NCBI GenBank assembly: GCA_964508365.1
Contig: CAZDTP010000083.1
Coordinates: forward strand, 1 to 13,223
DNA: 13,223 nucleotides
From: an uncultured archaeon
GTDB taxonomy: Archaea > Asgardarchaeota > Lokiarchaeia > Sigyniarchaeales > SOKP01
Reading direction: 5' to 3'
The position numbers and the translations under genes are program-made. The notes under the pieces are model-generated. The model saw only the letters and a program-made list of their open reading frames with translations, was not told where the DNA came from and did not search any database. Positions 1 through 7,532 of this stretch are shown here, piece after piece. The stretch's first letter is position 1. The number at the start of each line of letters is the position of its first letter.

Positions 1-156
1 TTATTGGGATTTACGGTAATAAGTATGGATTAAATTTATTATTTAATATATTAAATTTTTTGCATGTTGTGTCTAAAAAAGACTATCGATATATGAGTGT
101 TATTTATCGATACCTAACTAAGAAGGGATAGACAAAAATAAGATATTTTTTTGGAT

Positions 157-732
157 TTACTCTACTTTTTGAAATATATAGGCATCGTAATACGAGGTTT
201 TCTTAATTTTTAGAGATAACTTATGAATATAGTTAAAATCTCTTGGATCAACAGGATCTGGATGATCTGGGTATTTTCTTCCCCTTATAGTTCCGATCGC
301 ACGAAGATTTGGTTCAAAAATACAAATTTTACCATTTGTTTTAATCACTCGCACGCTTTCGTTGAAAGCTGCTTGACCGTCTTTAATGTGATGAAGAGCT
401 CCAGAAATAAAAACGATATCAAACGATCCATCTTCAAATGGCATTTTCTCAGCATTAAAAGGAGTAAAAGTAATTAAGTGATCGACTTCAACTTTTTTAG
501 CTGATTCCAACCAATTTCTTTTAGCATATTGGGACTCATCATTCTCCAATTCTCCAGTTAGCACGCGATAGTCTTTTAATGCGAGAGTTATCGCCATTTT
601 ACCTTCTCCTGTACCGACATCTAAAATTTTCGCGTTTTTCTCCAATTTTAATTCTTGAATAACAGGATCAATATTATCATAAAAAAAGCTAAACTCACCG
701 CCTAATAGCTTTTTAGCATCACTTTTATCCAT
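157..732 (-). CDS. Class I SAM-dependent methyltransferase (Methyltransf_11/25-like), substrate unknown
   Basis: Motif I ILDVGTGEG, post-II/III MPFEDGSFDIVF, ALHHI, and IKTNGKICIFE. AGGAG ribosome site about 10 nt upstream of the ATG. Confidence 0.9.
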   Translation of the reverse strand: MDKSDAKKLLGGEFSFFYDNIDPVIQELKLEKNAKILDVGTGEGKMAITLALKDYRVLTGELENDESQYAKRNWLESAKKVEVDHLITFTPFNAEKMPFEDGSFDIVFISGALHHIKDGQAAFNESVRVIKTNGKICIFEPNLRAIGTIRGRKYPDHPDPVDPRDFNYIHKLSLKIKKTSYYDAYIFQKVE

Positions 733-742
733 TTTAATCTGG

Positions 743-747
743 CTCCT
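743..747 (-). promoter_or_regulatory. Shine-Dalgarno site (AGGAG) of the methyltransferase
   Basis: The minus strand reads AAAAAGGAGCCAGATTAAAATG into the start at 732. Confidence 0.55.
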
Positions 748-872
748 TTTTTAAAATTAAGAATATAATTTTCACATTAGATAATAAAAGAGGTTAATAA
801 TAATTTACTCCAATAAATTGTAAATTTAAGGTAGTCCTATCTTTTATCTTAAAAGAGCCCATATTCTTAATT

Positions 873-1043
873 ATGGAAAAACCATCAACAAATTTTAACT
901 GGGAACAAGATTTCAAAATAAACATAGATGTTGATAAAAATGAACCAATTAATACAAAAATTTTACACTCAATCAAAGTTCCCGATTTAATTCTTAGAGA
1001 TTCCCTTAGAATCTTAAAGTCTAAGCATGTGAAGATCGATTAA
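873..1043 (+). CDS. Possible 56-aa small protein, not in the ORF track (MEKPSTNFNWEQDFKINIDVDKNEPINTKILHSIKVPDLILRDSLRILKSKHVKID)
   Basis: ATG at 873 to TAA at 1041-1043, translated by hand. Protein-like composition, fills the gap between the methyltransferase and the longin gene, and has TTTTATCT about 23 nt upstream. No family recognised. Confidence 0.35.
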   Translation: MEKPSTNFNWEQDFKINIDVDKNEPINTKILHSIKVPDLILRDSLRILKSKHVKID

Positions 1044-1222
1044 AAAGAGAGTTTGTAAGAATTAATACTTTAATTTCTATTTTTTTAAACATAAGGTTTT
1101 TATCTGAAAGCTAAAATTTCACAAAAACAACTTCATTTATTAAATATATATTAGCGTTATATTCCCGCATTCTATTGATATTACATCATTTTATATTCGC
1201 AAAAAATCCGGATAAACTTGTC

Positions 1223-1621
1223 ATGACCGAATTTTTGCTTGATTTTTTTGTCCTTTCTCCTGGTGGGAAGGTAATTTTTAGCCACTTTTCTATATTAAAA
1301 TGCGATGATCAGCTTGTTGGAGCATATTTTCACGCGATAAATTCGCTTTATAACGTTTGTTTCGAAAGGGATATGCAAAAAATTTCGATGAATGAATATC
1401 GACTCCATTTCACTAAAATCGAACCCTTTTTCTTTATAGGTATATCACCTGCGAGCCTTAAAACGAAAATTGCAAACGAAAATTTTGAAATGTTAGCCCA
1501 TTCTTTTTACGATGAATACTGCAATAACCTACCTCAACACTGGGAGAGTAATGTAGCCCTATTTAATGGTTTTAACTCGAATGTTGACAAACACAAAAAA
1601 GAAATTACTTTACAAAGTTAA
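1223..1621 (+). CDS. Longin/roadblock-like small domain protein of the type common in Asgard archaea
   Basis: About 132 aa from ATG 1223 (the track extends it to TTG 1175). Pattern: LLDFFVLSPGGKVIFSHF (b1-b2), DDQLVGAYFHAINSL (a1), MQKISMNEYRLHF (b3-b4), FFFIGIS (b5), FEMLAHSFYDEY (a2), WESNVALFNGF (a3). Confidence 0.65.
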   Translation: MTEFLLDFFVLSPGGKVIFSHFSILKCDDQLVGAYFHAINSLYNVCFERDMQKISMNEYRLHFTKIEPFFFIGISPASLKTKIANENFEMLAHSFYDEYCNNLPQHWESNVALFNGFNSNVDKHKKEITLQS

Positions 1622-1624
1622 CAC

Positions 1625-1643
1625 TGGCAAAGTGCCATTTTTT
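1625..1643 (+). terminator. Short hairpin plus T6 directly after the longin-like gene
   Basis: TGGCA-AAG-TGCCA followed by TTTTTT, starting 3 nt after the stop codon at 1621. Confidence 0.45.
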
Positions 1644-1759
1644 CGACAAAATAACCTTTTTAATTCATTATATCCTGCCAACCATAATTGACAGAAATGT
1701 TAATTGGTTCGCTCGCTAATAGAATAAAAACTTTTTATGAGTTTTTTCTCTTTGTTATC

Positions 1760-1776
1760 ATTTTTTCTTTTATAAA
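1760..1776 (+). promoter_or_regulatory. T-tract plus TTTATAAA promoter-like motif upstream of the ThiF gene
   Basis: ATTTTTTCTTTTATAAA, 68 nt before ATG 1845. Near-identical to the minus-strand motifs at 9176-9192 and 11158-11174. Confidence 0.4.
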
Positions 1777-1844
1777 GCTTCTTGGATTGAACATTATGAA
1801 GTAATTAAATCTCGATAAAAAACAACAAAAATTGATGATGGCTA

Positions 1845-2711
1845 ATGTTTGTCAATAAAAAGCTAGAAACATGGTCATATATATATTGGGAACACGTTAT
1901 TAGGAACATCGGACCAATTACATTCGAAGAACAAGAATTAATCAGAACTTCACGCATAGCAATACTCGGAGTAGGTGGTTTAGGCGGTCCACTAGCAGAG
2001 AATCTAGTGAGAGCAGGCTGTCAGAACTTAGTTATTTGTGACTTTGATGTTTTCGACGAATCAAACCTGAACAGGCAAATTTGCACCACTGACGACCTCG
2101 GTAAGAGAAAAATCGATGTGGTAGAAGCATTTTTACAGAAGATCGATCCTGAAATAGAAGTCAGAAAATTTTTTAAGATAACTCAGCAAAACATTGATGA
2201 GGTTCTTAAAGGTGTAAAAATAATCGCGCTTACTTTGGACGATCCTGCTACCTCAATCTTTATCGCCCGAGAAGCTCGAAAGAGAGAAATCCCCATGATC
2301 GAGTCCTGGGGCGTGCCGTTTTTGTTTACATGGTGGTTTACTCCCGACAGCGTAGATTACGAGAGATGTTATGGCCTCGAGACAAAGAAGTTCAATTACT
2401 TCGAATTGTCCAACCTTAAAAAGGAGATAAACCTCTCCACCTATCAAGCGTTGTTACCAAAAGTATTTACGATGCCAGGAGTCAGAGAAAAATACGATAG
2501 AGAACCTGGAGCATTCGAAGAAATGATGAATGGTTCGATTGGCGCACGATCTTTCGCACCTTTCGTGAGGATCACTTCGGATTTACTTTCGGTAGATGTG
2601 ATTTTTTCTGGTATTCTCGGAATAAAGCCAAAGAACTTAGCCCCTCACTTAAAAGGGTTTGATTACATCAATATGGAAGTCCAGGAAACTAATCTGATAA
2701 CTAAGAACTAA
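1845..2711 (+). CDS. ThiF/MoeB/E1-like adenylyltransferase
   Basis: RNIG...EEQELIRTSRIAILGVGGLGG nucleotide-binding loop, ICDFDVFDESNLNRQ signature, GKRKIDVV, and REIPMIE. No paired CxxC zinc motifs. Confidence 0.9.
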   Translation: MFVNKKLETWSYIYWEHVIRNIGPITFEEQELIRTSRIAILGVGGLGGPLAENLVRAGCQNLVICDFDVFDESNLNRQICTTDDLGKRKIDVVEAFLQKIDPEIEVRKFFKITQQNIDEVLKGVKIIALTLDDPATSIFIAREARKREIPMIESWGVPFLFTWWFTPDSVDYERCYGLETKKFNYFELSNLKKEINLSTYQALLPKVFTMPGVREKYDREPGAFEEMMNGSIGARSFAPFVRITSDLLSVDVIFSGILGIKPKNLAPHLKGFDYINMEVQETNLITKN

Positions 2712-2720
2712 TGTTTTATC

Positions 2721-2781
2721 TTTTTTTAGTCTCTTATTCAACTAAAAAATCTCGTAATTCTAAAAAAAGAGAAGAAAAAAA
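2721..2781. terminator. Oligo-T terminator zone between the convergent ThiF and HEPN-like genes
   Basis: T7 at 2721-2727 on + after the ThiF stop. A7 runs at 2762-2768 and 2775-2781 read as T7 on - after the stop at 2816. Confidence 0.5.
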
Positions 2782-2815
2782 TGTTTATAATGATATAGAA
2801 AACAACTTTCTAAAC

Positions 2816-3706
2816 TTAAAAAACGGTTTTTAGCCTTTCCAATATTCTTTTGCGAAAAAGATGATTATCTGTGAGCCGTTCAGAAAAAAAATCTTTTAAA
2901 CAAGAGTAAAAACTTTCCCTATTGTTGGAAAGAAGCTTGGAATCTAGGTTGCTTATTATTAAATATACAAAAAGTTTAACGAACGCCTTGTGAGCCAGCT
3001 CAAGGTTGGACGGAGATATGTCGACCATGCTGTGGTTGAAATTATTGCGAAAAGAGATGTATTTTATCACATCCGTCTCAATATCATTTGGAAATCCGAG
3101 CCTTACCATTTTGTTAGCCATAATTTTTTTTCCGTCTCTGGTGTCATTGCTGCTTTTTTCGCTCTCGCCAAATCGTTCTTGATAGAGTGCTTCTAACTTA
3201 GGATATAACTTAACGAAAAACCTGTAGTCGTCATAATCGCACATCTCAATCCATTCGCTCGCGCCAATTTGGCTTAAACATCTTTCTATTTCTTCTTTAG
3301 CCTCGTCAATCGAGATTGGCTTTTGTTCTTCGCTCGAATCTTCGTTGTTAAACTTAAATACTAATCTATTTACTCGATTTGCCACAATCTCCAAAAGATC
3401 GTTCTTTTCTTTTATCTCTTCCCTTAGTTGAGATTCTACTTTGGTTGGTGAAGGAAGTTGATCTTTATTTATTACGGTTTTTAACAAGTCTTGAGTCTTT
3501 TGTTCCACAAAGAGAGAAGTAAAATACGTTATATCTTCCGTCATGCGACCTCGACATTGAAGTAGCAAATGTTTTAACTCCTTAGCGCTGGTTTTACCGT
3601 CGATAAAGTTTTTTATCGCAATTTTGAGCTCCTCTAACTCGTTTTCCTCAAAGATAATTTTTTCTATTATCTGTCCAAAATCCTCTAAATCTTGACTCTT
3701 TGCCAT
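2816..3706 (-). CDS. Soluble helical protein with a C-terminal HEPN-like domain (intact RxxxxH)
   Basis: N-terminal helical/coiled-coil region. Then YRFFVKLYPKLEALYQERF, resembling the first HEPN helix, and YISFRNNFNHS (R220-H225, nt 3032-3049). Start overlaps the upstream stop (TAATG at 3704-3708). Confidence 0.6.
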   Translation of the reverse strand: MAKSQDLEDFGQIIEKIIFEENELEELKIAIKNFIDGKTSAKELKHLLLQCRGRMTEDITYFTSLFVEQKTQDLLKTVINKDQLPSPTKVESQLREEIKEKNDLLEIVANRVNRLVFKFNNEDSSEEQKPISIDEAKEEIERCLSQIGASEWIEMCDYDDYRFFVKLYPKLEALYQERFGESEKSSNDTRDGKKIMANKMVRLGFPNDIETDVIKYISFRNNFNHSMVDISPSNLELAHKAFVKLFVYLIISNLDSKLLSNNRESFYSCLKDFFSERLTDNHLFRKRILERLKTVF

Positions 3707-6700
3707 TATAACGCCCCCAGCCTGCCTTCAACGTATTGTCTAAAACTATCAAATATCTTGGAATACGCATCAAAAGTATTTGTGCAAACTTCGGCTACTA
3801 TAGTTTCATCGGTTACCTCTATGTTTTCGATTAGTAATAAAAATTGTCGTAAATCGTCTCCTGTAAGCGGAAACTCCTCAATATTCCCGAATTTACCAAT
3901 GAATGTGTCTATATCTTCTGAAGTTATTGCGTAGTTCACGCTGTAATATTCTCGGTAAACGCTGTGAAGAAATTTTGGGAATAATTCTCGAGCTGTTTTA
4001 AGCACCTTCTCGTATTTTTTGTAGTTCATGTTTTTATGCATAGTAAAGTATTCGTAATATAAAATAGGAGCAAAATGTTTTGTCAAGGCGCTTCTTATCT
4101 TCATCGGATCTAAAACCTCTTCATCTGGCGTTTCTTCAGAAGTATAAGCCTGTCTTAAATCAGACGTATGCTCGGATTCCAACTCCACAGGTTCGTAAGT
4201 AATGTTCGAACTATCACGGGAATCGTAATAATCCTTCAAAACTCTTTGGTAGTGAGGTCCGACTGCAAAAGAAGTTTGCATTGACTCTGAACCACTTGCT
4301 CTTCGGGGGTGATTTTCTACTAAATATTGTTTGCTCACTAAAATACCAAAAACATTATCAATAATTTCTTTTTCTCTCTGCTTATCTTTAGTAATTCTCG
4401 CAATGTAAGGTCGCAAGATGTTTCGGAGTTCTTCTCTTACTTTGTTTTTGTAGAGATTTCCGACCTTATCAACCGCTTGGATATTGTTTAAAAATTTTAC
4501 AATACCCTCAATTAAGTCGCTATAACCGGAAAAATCGCTTTCGAATAGAGTGGTTTGAGCTCTTTTCATAATTTTTTTCTCTGTTTTTTCTAAGTCGAAA
4601 CCTTGCTCTCCCATATAACTCACGATTTCTTGCCACGATAGAGGTTTAGCTTCTTGTAATTCCTTAAAATCCAATTTTACGGGGAAGGATTGGTAGATAT
4701 CCTCTCGCTTAACCACCGCTTCGTCTTGTTTCATCGCTGCGATATACCTCATCTGATATCCTTCGTTCCTCCGATTGCTGTAGTAACCAACCCCGTGCAA
4801 GTTCTCTAAGTTCATCTGTCCGTTGAGAACTGCTAAATCCCGTTTATCGGATGCTCGAAAAGTTACGATGTTGTCGAAGTAATTAAACACATTAGGGTGT
4901 AAATATCTTATTTGGGAGGCAGAAAACACGGTGCCGAAGCCGTTATCTACGAAGGGAACAAAAAATTTGTCTATTTTACCGTACTGGATTTTCTTATCCA
5001 GGAAAAACCCATCAAAAATTACGTCTATGTGAGGCAGGACAATAAATTTAGGGATATACGGTTCTCCAGTTTTTAAATAATGAATAAACTTTGATAAAAT
5101 CACAAAAGCAAAATAGCATTGTTTGTCGTAATCTCTTACGTCTGAAAGATCTATGATTATGGTTTTATCGTTAGTTATGAATTCGTGTTCTCGGGGAGTG
5201 TCTTGCGTTTGAGGCTGCTGATGTTGGATAAAGGAAGACTCTTGGGGAGTAAATTCCTTAAAAAAGGAAAGCAAAGTTTCCGTAACTGAAGACTTCTCCC
5301 AGTCGCGTTGCGTGGTTAAGTCTAACACTAATGTAGATACATCAATATCAGGATTTCTAAGTATAGTGTTCTTAAAAGTCTCAATAGTCCGTTCGTCTTT
5401 TTTAAAGCACATTGCGTAAGCGTCAAACATGTAATCCAAGTAATCGGGGTTTTTTTTGTCGTAGGGAATCCCTGAGCGAAGAGGGTTGATCACAATAGTT
5501 TTCCCTAGTTTGTGGTAGATAAATTGATTCTCGTAAATAGTGCCTTGGAAAATTCGTACGATCTTAGACCAATTACCCGTAAAATCGAACACCACCGAAG
5601 GATAGCCCGCTTTAACCAATTCTAGAACTATTTTTTGAGTAAGGAGTTCTCGGCTAGAGTTCGTACCGTTGGTGACGAATAGGTTACGCACTTGCTCGAT
5701 CAAAAACCCAGCGGGCACTTCGTTTTCCAAATATTCCGTGTTAATGGTGGAGCCAATCATAATAGCGTTGATAAGCTGTAAAGGAGTGTTAAACTCTGCA
5801 GCTAACCGCGTTTCTACTCCTTTCTTAAATTGATTGGAAATAATGGTCAGAAAAGCTAAAATTTTACCTTGAAACAGCAAATAGTTAAGATGAGTACCGT
5901 TCCTTCTGAAAAACTTGTTTTTAAGCGCTTCGAACACAAAAGCTGATTGCAACAAATTGTGCCTTAACGGTTTAATCTTGAAATTCATGAAATGGCTCCC
6001 AAAAGCAGTTTTTAAGACATTGAACTGATGTATTAACCGCGTTTCAATCTCATCCATAGCCTCATAAGTAAGCGACGGTGAATTAGAAACGACTGAAGTG
6101 GAATAGGTAGCAATTACGCTCCAGATACCCGCCCTATCTCTAAGCCATTTGTCTCTTAGTTCTTTATTGTTTCGATAATTGAACAAGTAATACTTTTCTT
6201 TTTCGTTTAAGTATTTAAACCCTTCCGCATCGAATTTTTTAAAGTTTAATGGTCCAAGCTGAAAAGAAACGGTGAAAGGCATCCCTTCTTTGTTTAACGC
6301 TTCGTAAAATTTAGAGGCGTTGCTATAAGGCGGCGGGCTACAGAAATAAAGGTTTGCCATCTTAATCCCTCCAGTTGTTTTTCCTTCGATCTGATAAAAA
6401 ATTGTCTCAGAAGTTCTTCTCGATTTGTAAAAATCTATTTTGGCAAAGGGATCGATCACTTTTATCTCTTTAGACTTAAATAGCTTACCTTTTGACAACT
6501 GAAAAAACAATTCTTGCCACCACACGAGTAAGAGCGACGCTACGATACCAATGTCAAGCAAAAATCGGTATAACAAAGGTAGATCAAAAATTAATAGAGA
6601 CACGTCAAGTAATACTATTAACGCAACGACATATCCCGCTTTTACGATAGAAGCTCCTAAATTGGGGCGTATGGTTTCGCAAGTAATTCTCTTCGAATCG

Positions 6701-7518
6701 GGTTCTAACGGAACGTCTCGTTTTAAAACGGTGCTCCTAAACACTTCAATTAACTCTTGTCCGATCAACAGCGATATTTTAAAGTGGTGAAAGTTAGACG
6801 GAATACCCGTTTCTAACGCAGTAACGCTTAATCGGAGCTCCTTTACTAACTTAGCTAGCTTTGACTTTGTAATGTTCCCGCTCACTTTATAATATGTAGA
6901 AAACAAAATCATCGTCTCAAAAGTCGAACTTTTATCGTACGCTATAGCGTCGGTTATCTGGAGCGGTTTGTGAACAACTTGGTAAGTATAAGGAGTTCGA
7001 TTTTTGTACAACCCTTTAATATAGGTAAGAAGAGAAGGTCCCACATTCTCGGCCATAACTCTAATTTTCAGAGTACTAACGCCCGTAGTTATTAAATCTA
7101 CATTATTGGTATAATAGAGCACCGATTTATCGTAGTCCGTTTGCCAGAAAATTAGATTTTGGAAAGGGTCAAACGCTCCATACTCTAGTAAGTGATGCAA
7201 ACTAAAGAAACTTTTGCGGAACACCAGCACGAAACTTATTCCGATTATAATAGTTGCGCTAATTGAGAACACAATATCTACCGTTGAAAGCAATAAAGAA
7301 GCAAAAAACGCAAATTCGATAGCCACTAATGAGATCGCTTTTTTTAGAGTGTCGGTATTATCTATATCTTTGTAAGAGGGAAAGAAATCCCAAATACTAT
7401 AATAAGGGTCTTCGCCACTTTCCATATCGCCTCCTTTCCCACTTTTTTTATTTTCTTTTAATTTCCTATTCTGAATATTATTATCTTCGTTTAGAAATTC
7501 TCCATACGATTTTACCAT
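3706..7518 (-). CDS. Membrane-anchored VirB4/HerA/FtsK-fold protein with degenerate Walker motifs (probable pseudo-ATPase)
   Basis: Two TM hairpins (aa about 61-100 and 290-335). Family-ordered elements follow: NLFVTNGTNSSRELLTQKI at the Walker A position, SVVFDFTGNW (hhDxxGEY-like), INPL, TIIIDLSDV, KFIVLPHID at the Walker B position, and GFGTVFSASQ...LHPNVFNYFDNIVTFR. The CDS is secure; the family call is from motif order. Confidence 0.7.
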   Translation of the reverse strand: MVKSYGEFLNEDNNIQNRKLKENKKSGKGGDMESGEDPYYSIWDFFPSYKDIDNTDTLKKAISLVAIEFAFFASLLLSTVDIVFSISATIIIGISFVLVFRKSFFSLHHLLEYGAFDPFQNLIFWQTDYDKSVLYYTNNVDLITTGVSTLKIRVMAENVGPSLLTYIKGLYKNRTPYTYQVVHKPLQITDAIAYDKSSTFETMILFSTYYKVSGNITKSKLAKLVKELRLSVTALETGIPSNFHHFKISLLIGQELIEVFRSTVLKRDVPLEPDSKRITCETIRPNLGASIVKAGYVVALIVLLDVSLLIFDLPLLYRFLLDIGIVASLLLVWWQELFFQLSKGKLFKSKEIKVIDPFAKIDFYKSRRTSETIFYQIEGKTTGGIKMANLYFCSPPPYSNASKFYEALNKEGMPFTVSFQLGPLNFKKFDAEGFKYLNEKEKYYLFNYRNNKELRDKWLRDRAGIWSVIATYSTSVVSNSPSLTYEAMDEIETRLIHQFNVLKTAFGSHFMNFKIKPLRHNLLQSAFVFEALKNKFFRRNGTHLNYLLFQGKILAFLTIISNQFKKGVETRLAAEFNTPLQLINAIMIGSTINTEYLENEVPAGFLIEQVRNLFVTNGTNSSRELLTQKIVLELVKAGYPSVVFDFTGNWSKIVRIFQGTIYENQFIYHKLGKTIVINPLRSGIPYDKKNPDYLDYMFDAYAMCFKKDERTIETFKNTILRNPDIDVSTLVLDLTTQRDWEKSSVTETLLSFFKEFTPQESSFIQHQQPQTQDTPREHEFITNDKTIIIDLSDVRDYDKQCYFAFVILSKFIHYLKTGEPYIPKFIVLPHIDVIFDGFFLDKKIQYGKIDKFFVPFVDNGFGTVFSASQIRYLHPNVFNYFDNIVTFRASDKRDLAVLNGQMNLENLHGVGYYSNRRNEGYQMRYIAAMKQDEAVVKREDIYQSFPVKLDFKELQEAKPLSWQEIVSYMGEQGFDLEKTEKKIMKRAQTTLFESDFSGYSDLIEGIVKFLNNIQAVDKVGNLYKNKVREELRNILRPYIARITKDKQREKEIIDNVFGILVSKQYLVENHPRRASGSESMQTSFAVGPHYQRVLKDYYDSRDSSNITYEPVELESEHTSDLRQAYTSEETPDEEVLDPMKIRSALTKHFAPILYYEYFTMHKNMNYKKYEKVLKTARELFPKFLHSVYREYYSVNYAITSEDIDTFIGKFGNIEEFPLTGDDLRQFLLLIENIEVTDETIVAEVCTNTFDAYSKIFDSFRQYVEGRLGAL

Positions 7519-7526
7519 TCTTTATT

Positions 7527-7532
7527 TCACCT
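7527..7532 (-). promoter_or_regulatory. AGGTGA ribosome site built into the upstream stop codon
   Basis: The minus strand reads AAAAGG-TGA(stop)-AATAAAGA-ATG(7518). GGTGA is the usual archaeal SD core. Confidence 0.6.

Noticed and set aside
1-33. Possible 3' end of a + strand gene (LLGFTVISMD then TAA)
   Set aside because: Only ten codons are visible; it cannot be supported from this window.
223-477. 84-aa + strand ORF
   Set aside because: Antisense shadow of the methyltransferase; no motifs.
794-976. 60-aa - strand ORF
   Set aside because: No recognisable features, and it overlaps a more protein-like + strand ORF at 873-1043. Not fully excluded.
1175-1222. TTG-initiated N-terminal extension of the longin-like ORF
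   Set aside because: The domain pattern begins just after ATG 1223, so that start is preferred. An AT-rich TATA-like stretch at 1136-1152 means the TTG start cannot be fully excluded.
2253-2447. 64-aa - strand ORF
   Set aside because: Antisense to the ThiF gene.
2990-3934. + strand ORFs 2990-3196 and 3692-3934
   Set aside because: Antisense to well-supported minus-strand genes.
3706-7518. Calling the large gene an active VirB4, CedB or HerA, or calling the locus a conjugative element
   Set aside because: The catalytic Walker Lys and Asp-Glu are absent. No relaxase, integrase, oriT-like structure, att repeats or NurA/Mre11/Rad50 genes are seen in the window.
3706-7518. Pseudogene interpretation of the degenerate ATPase
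   Set aside because: The 1270-codon frame is uninterrupted, its start and stop are coupled to neighbours, and the structural motifs are retained.
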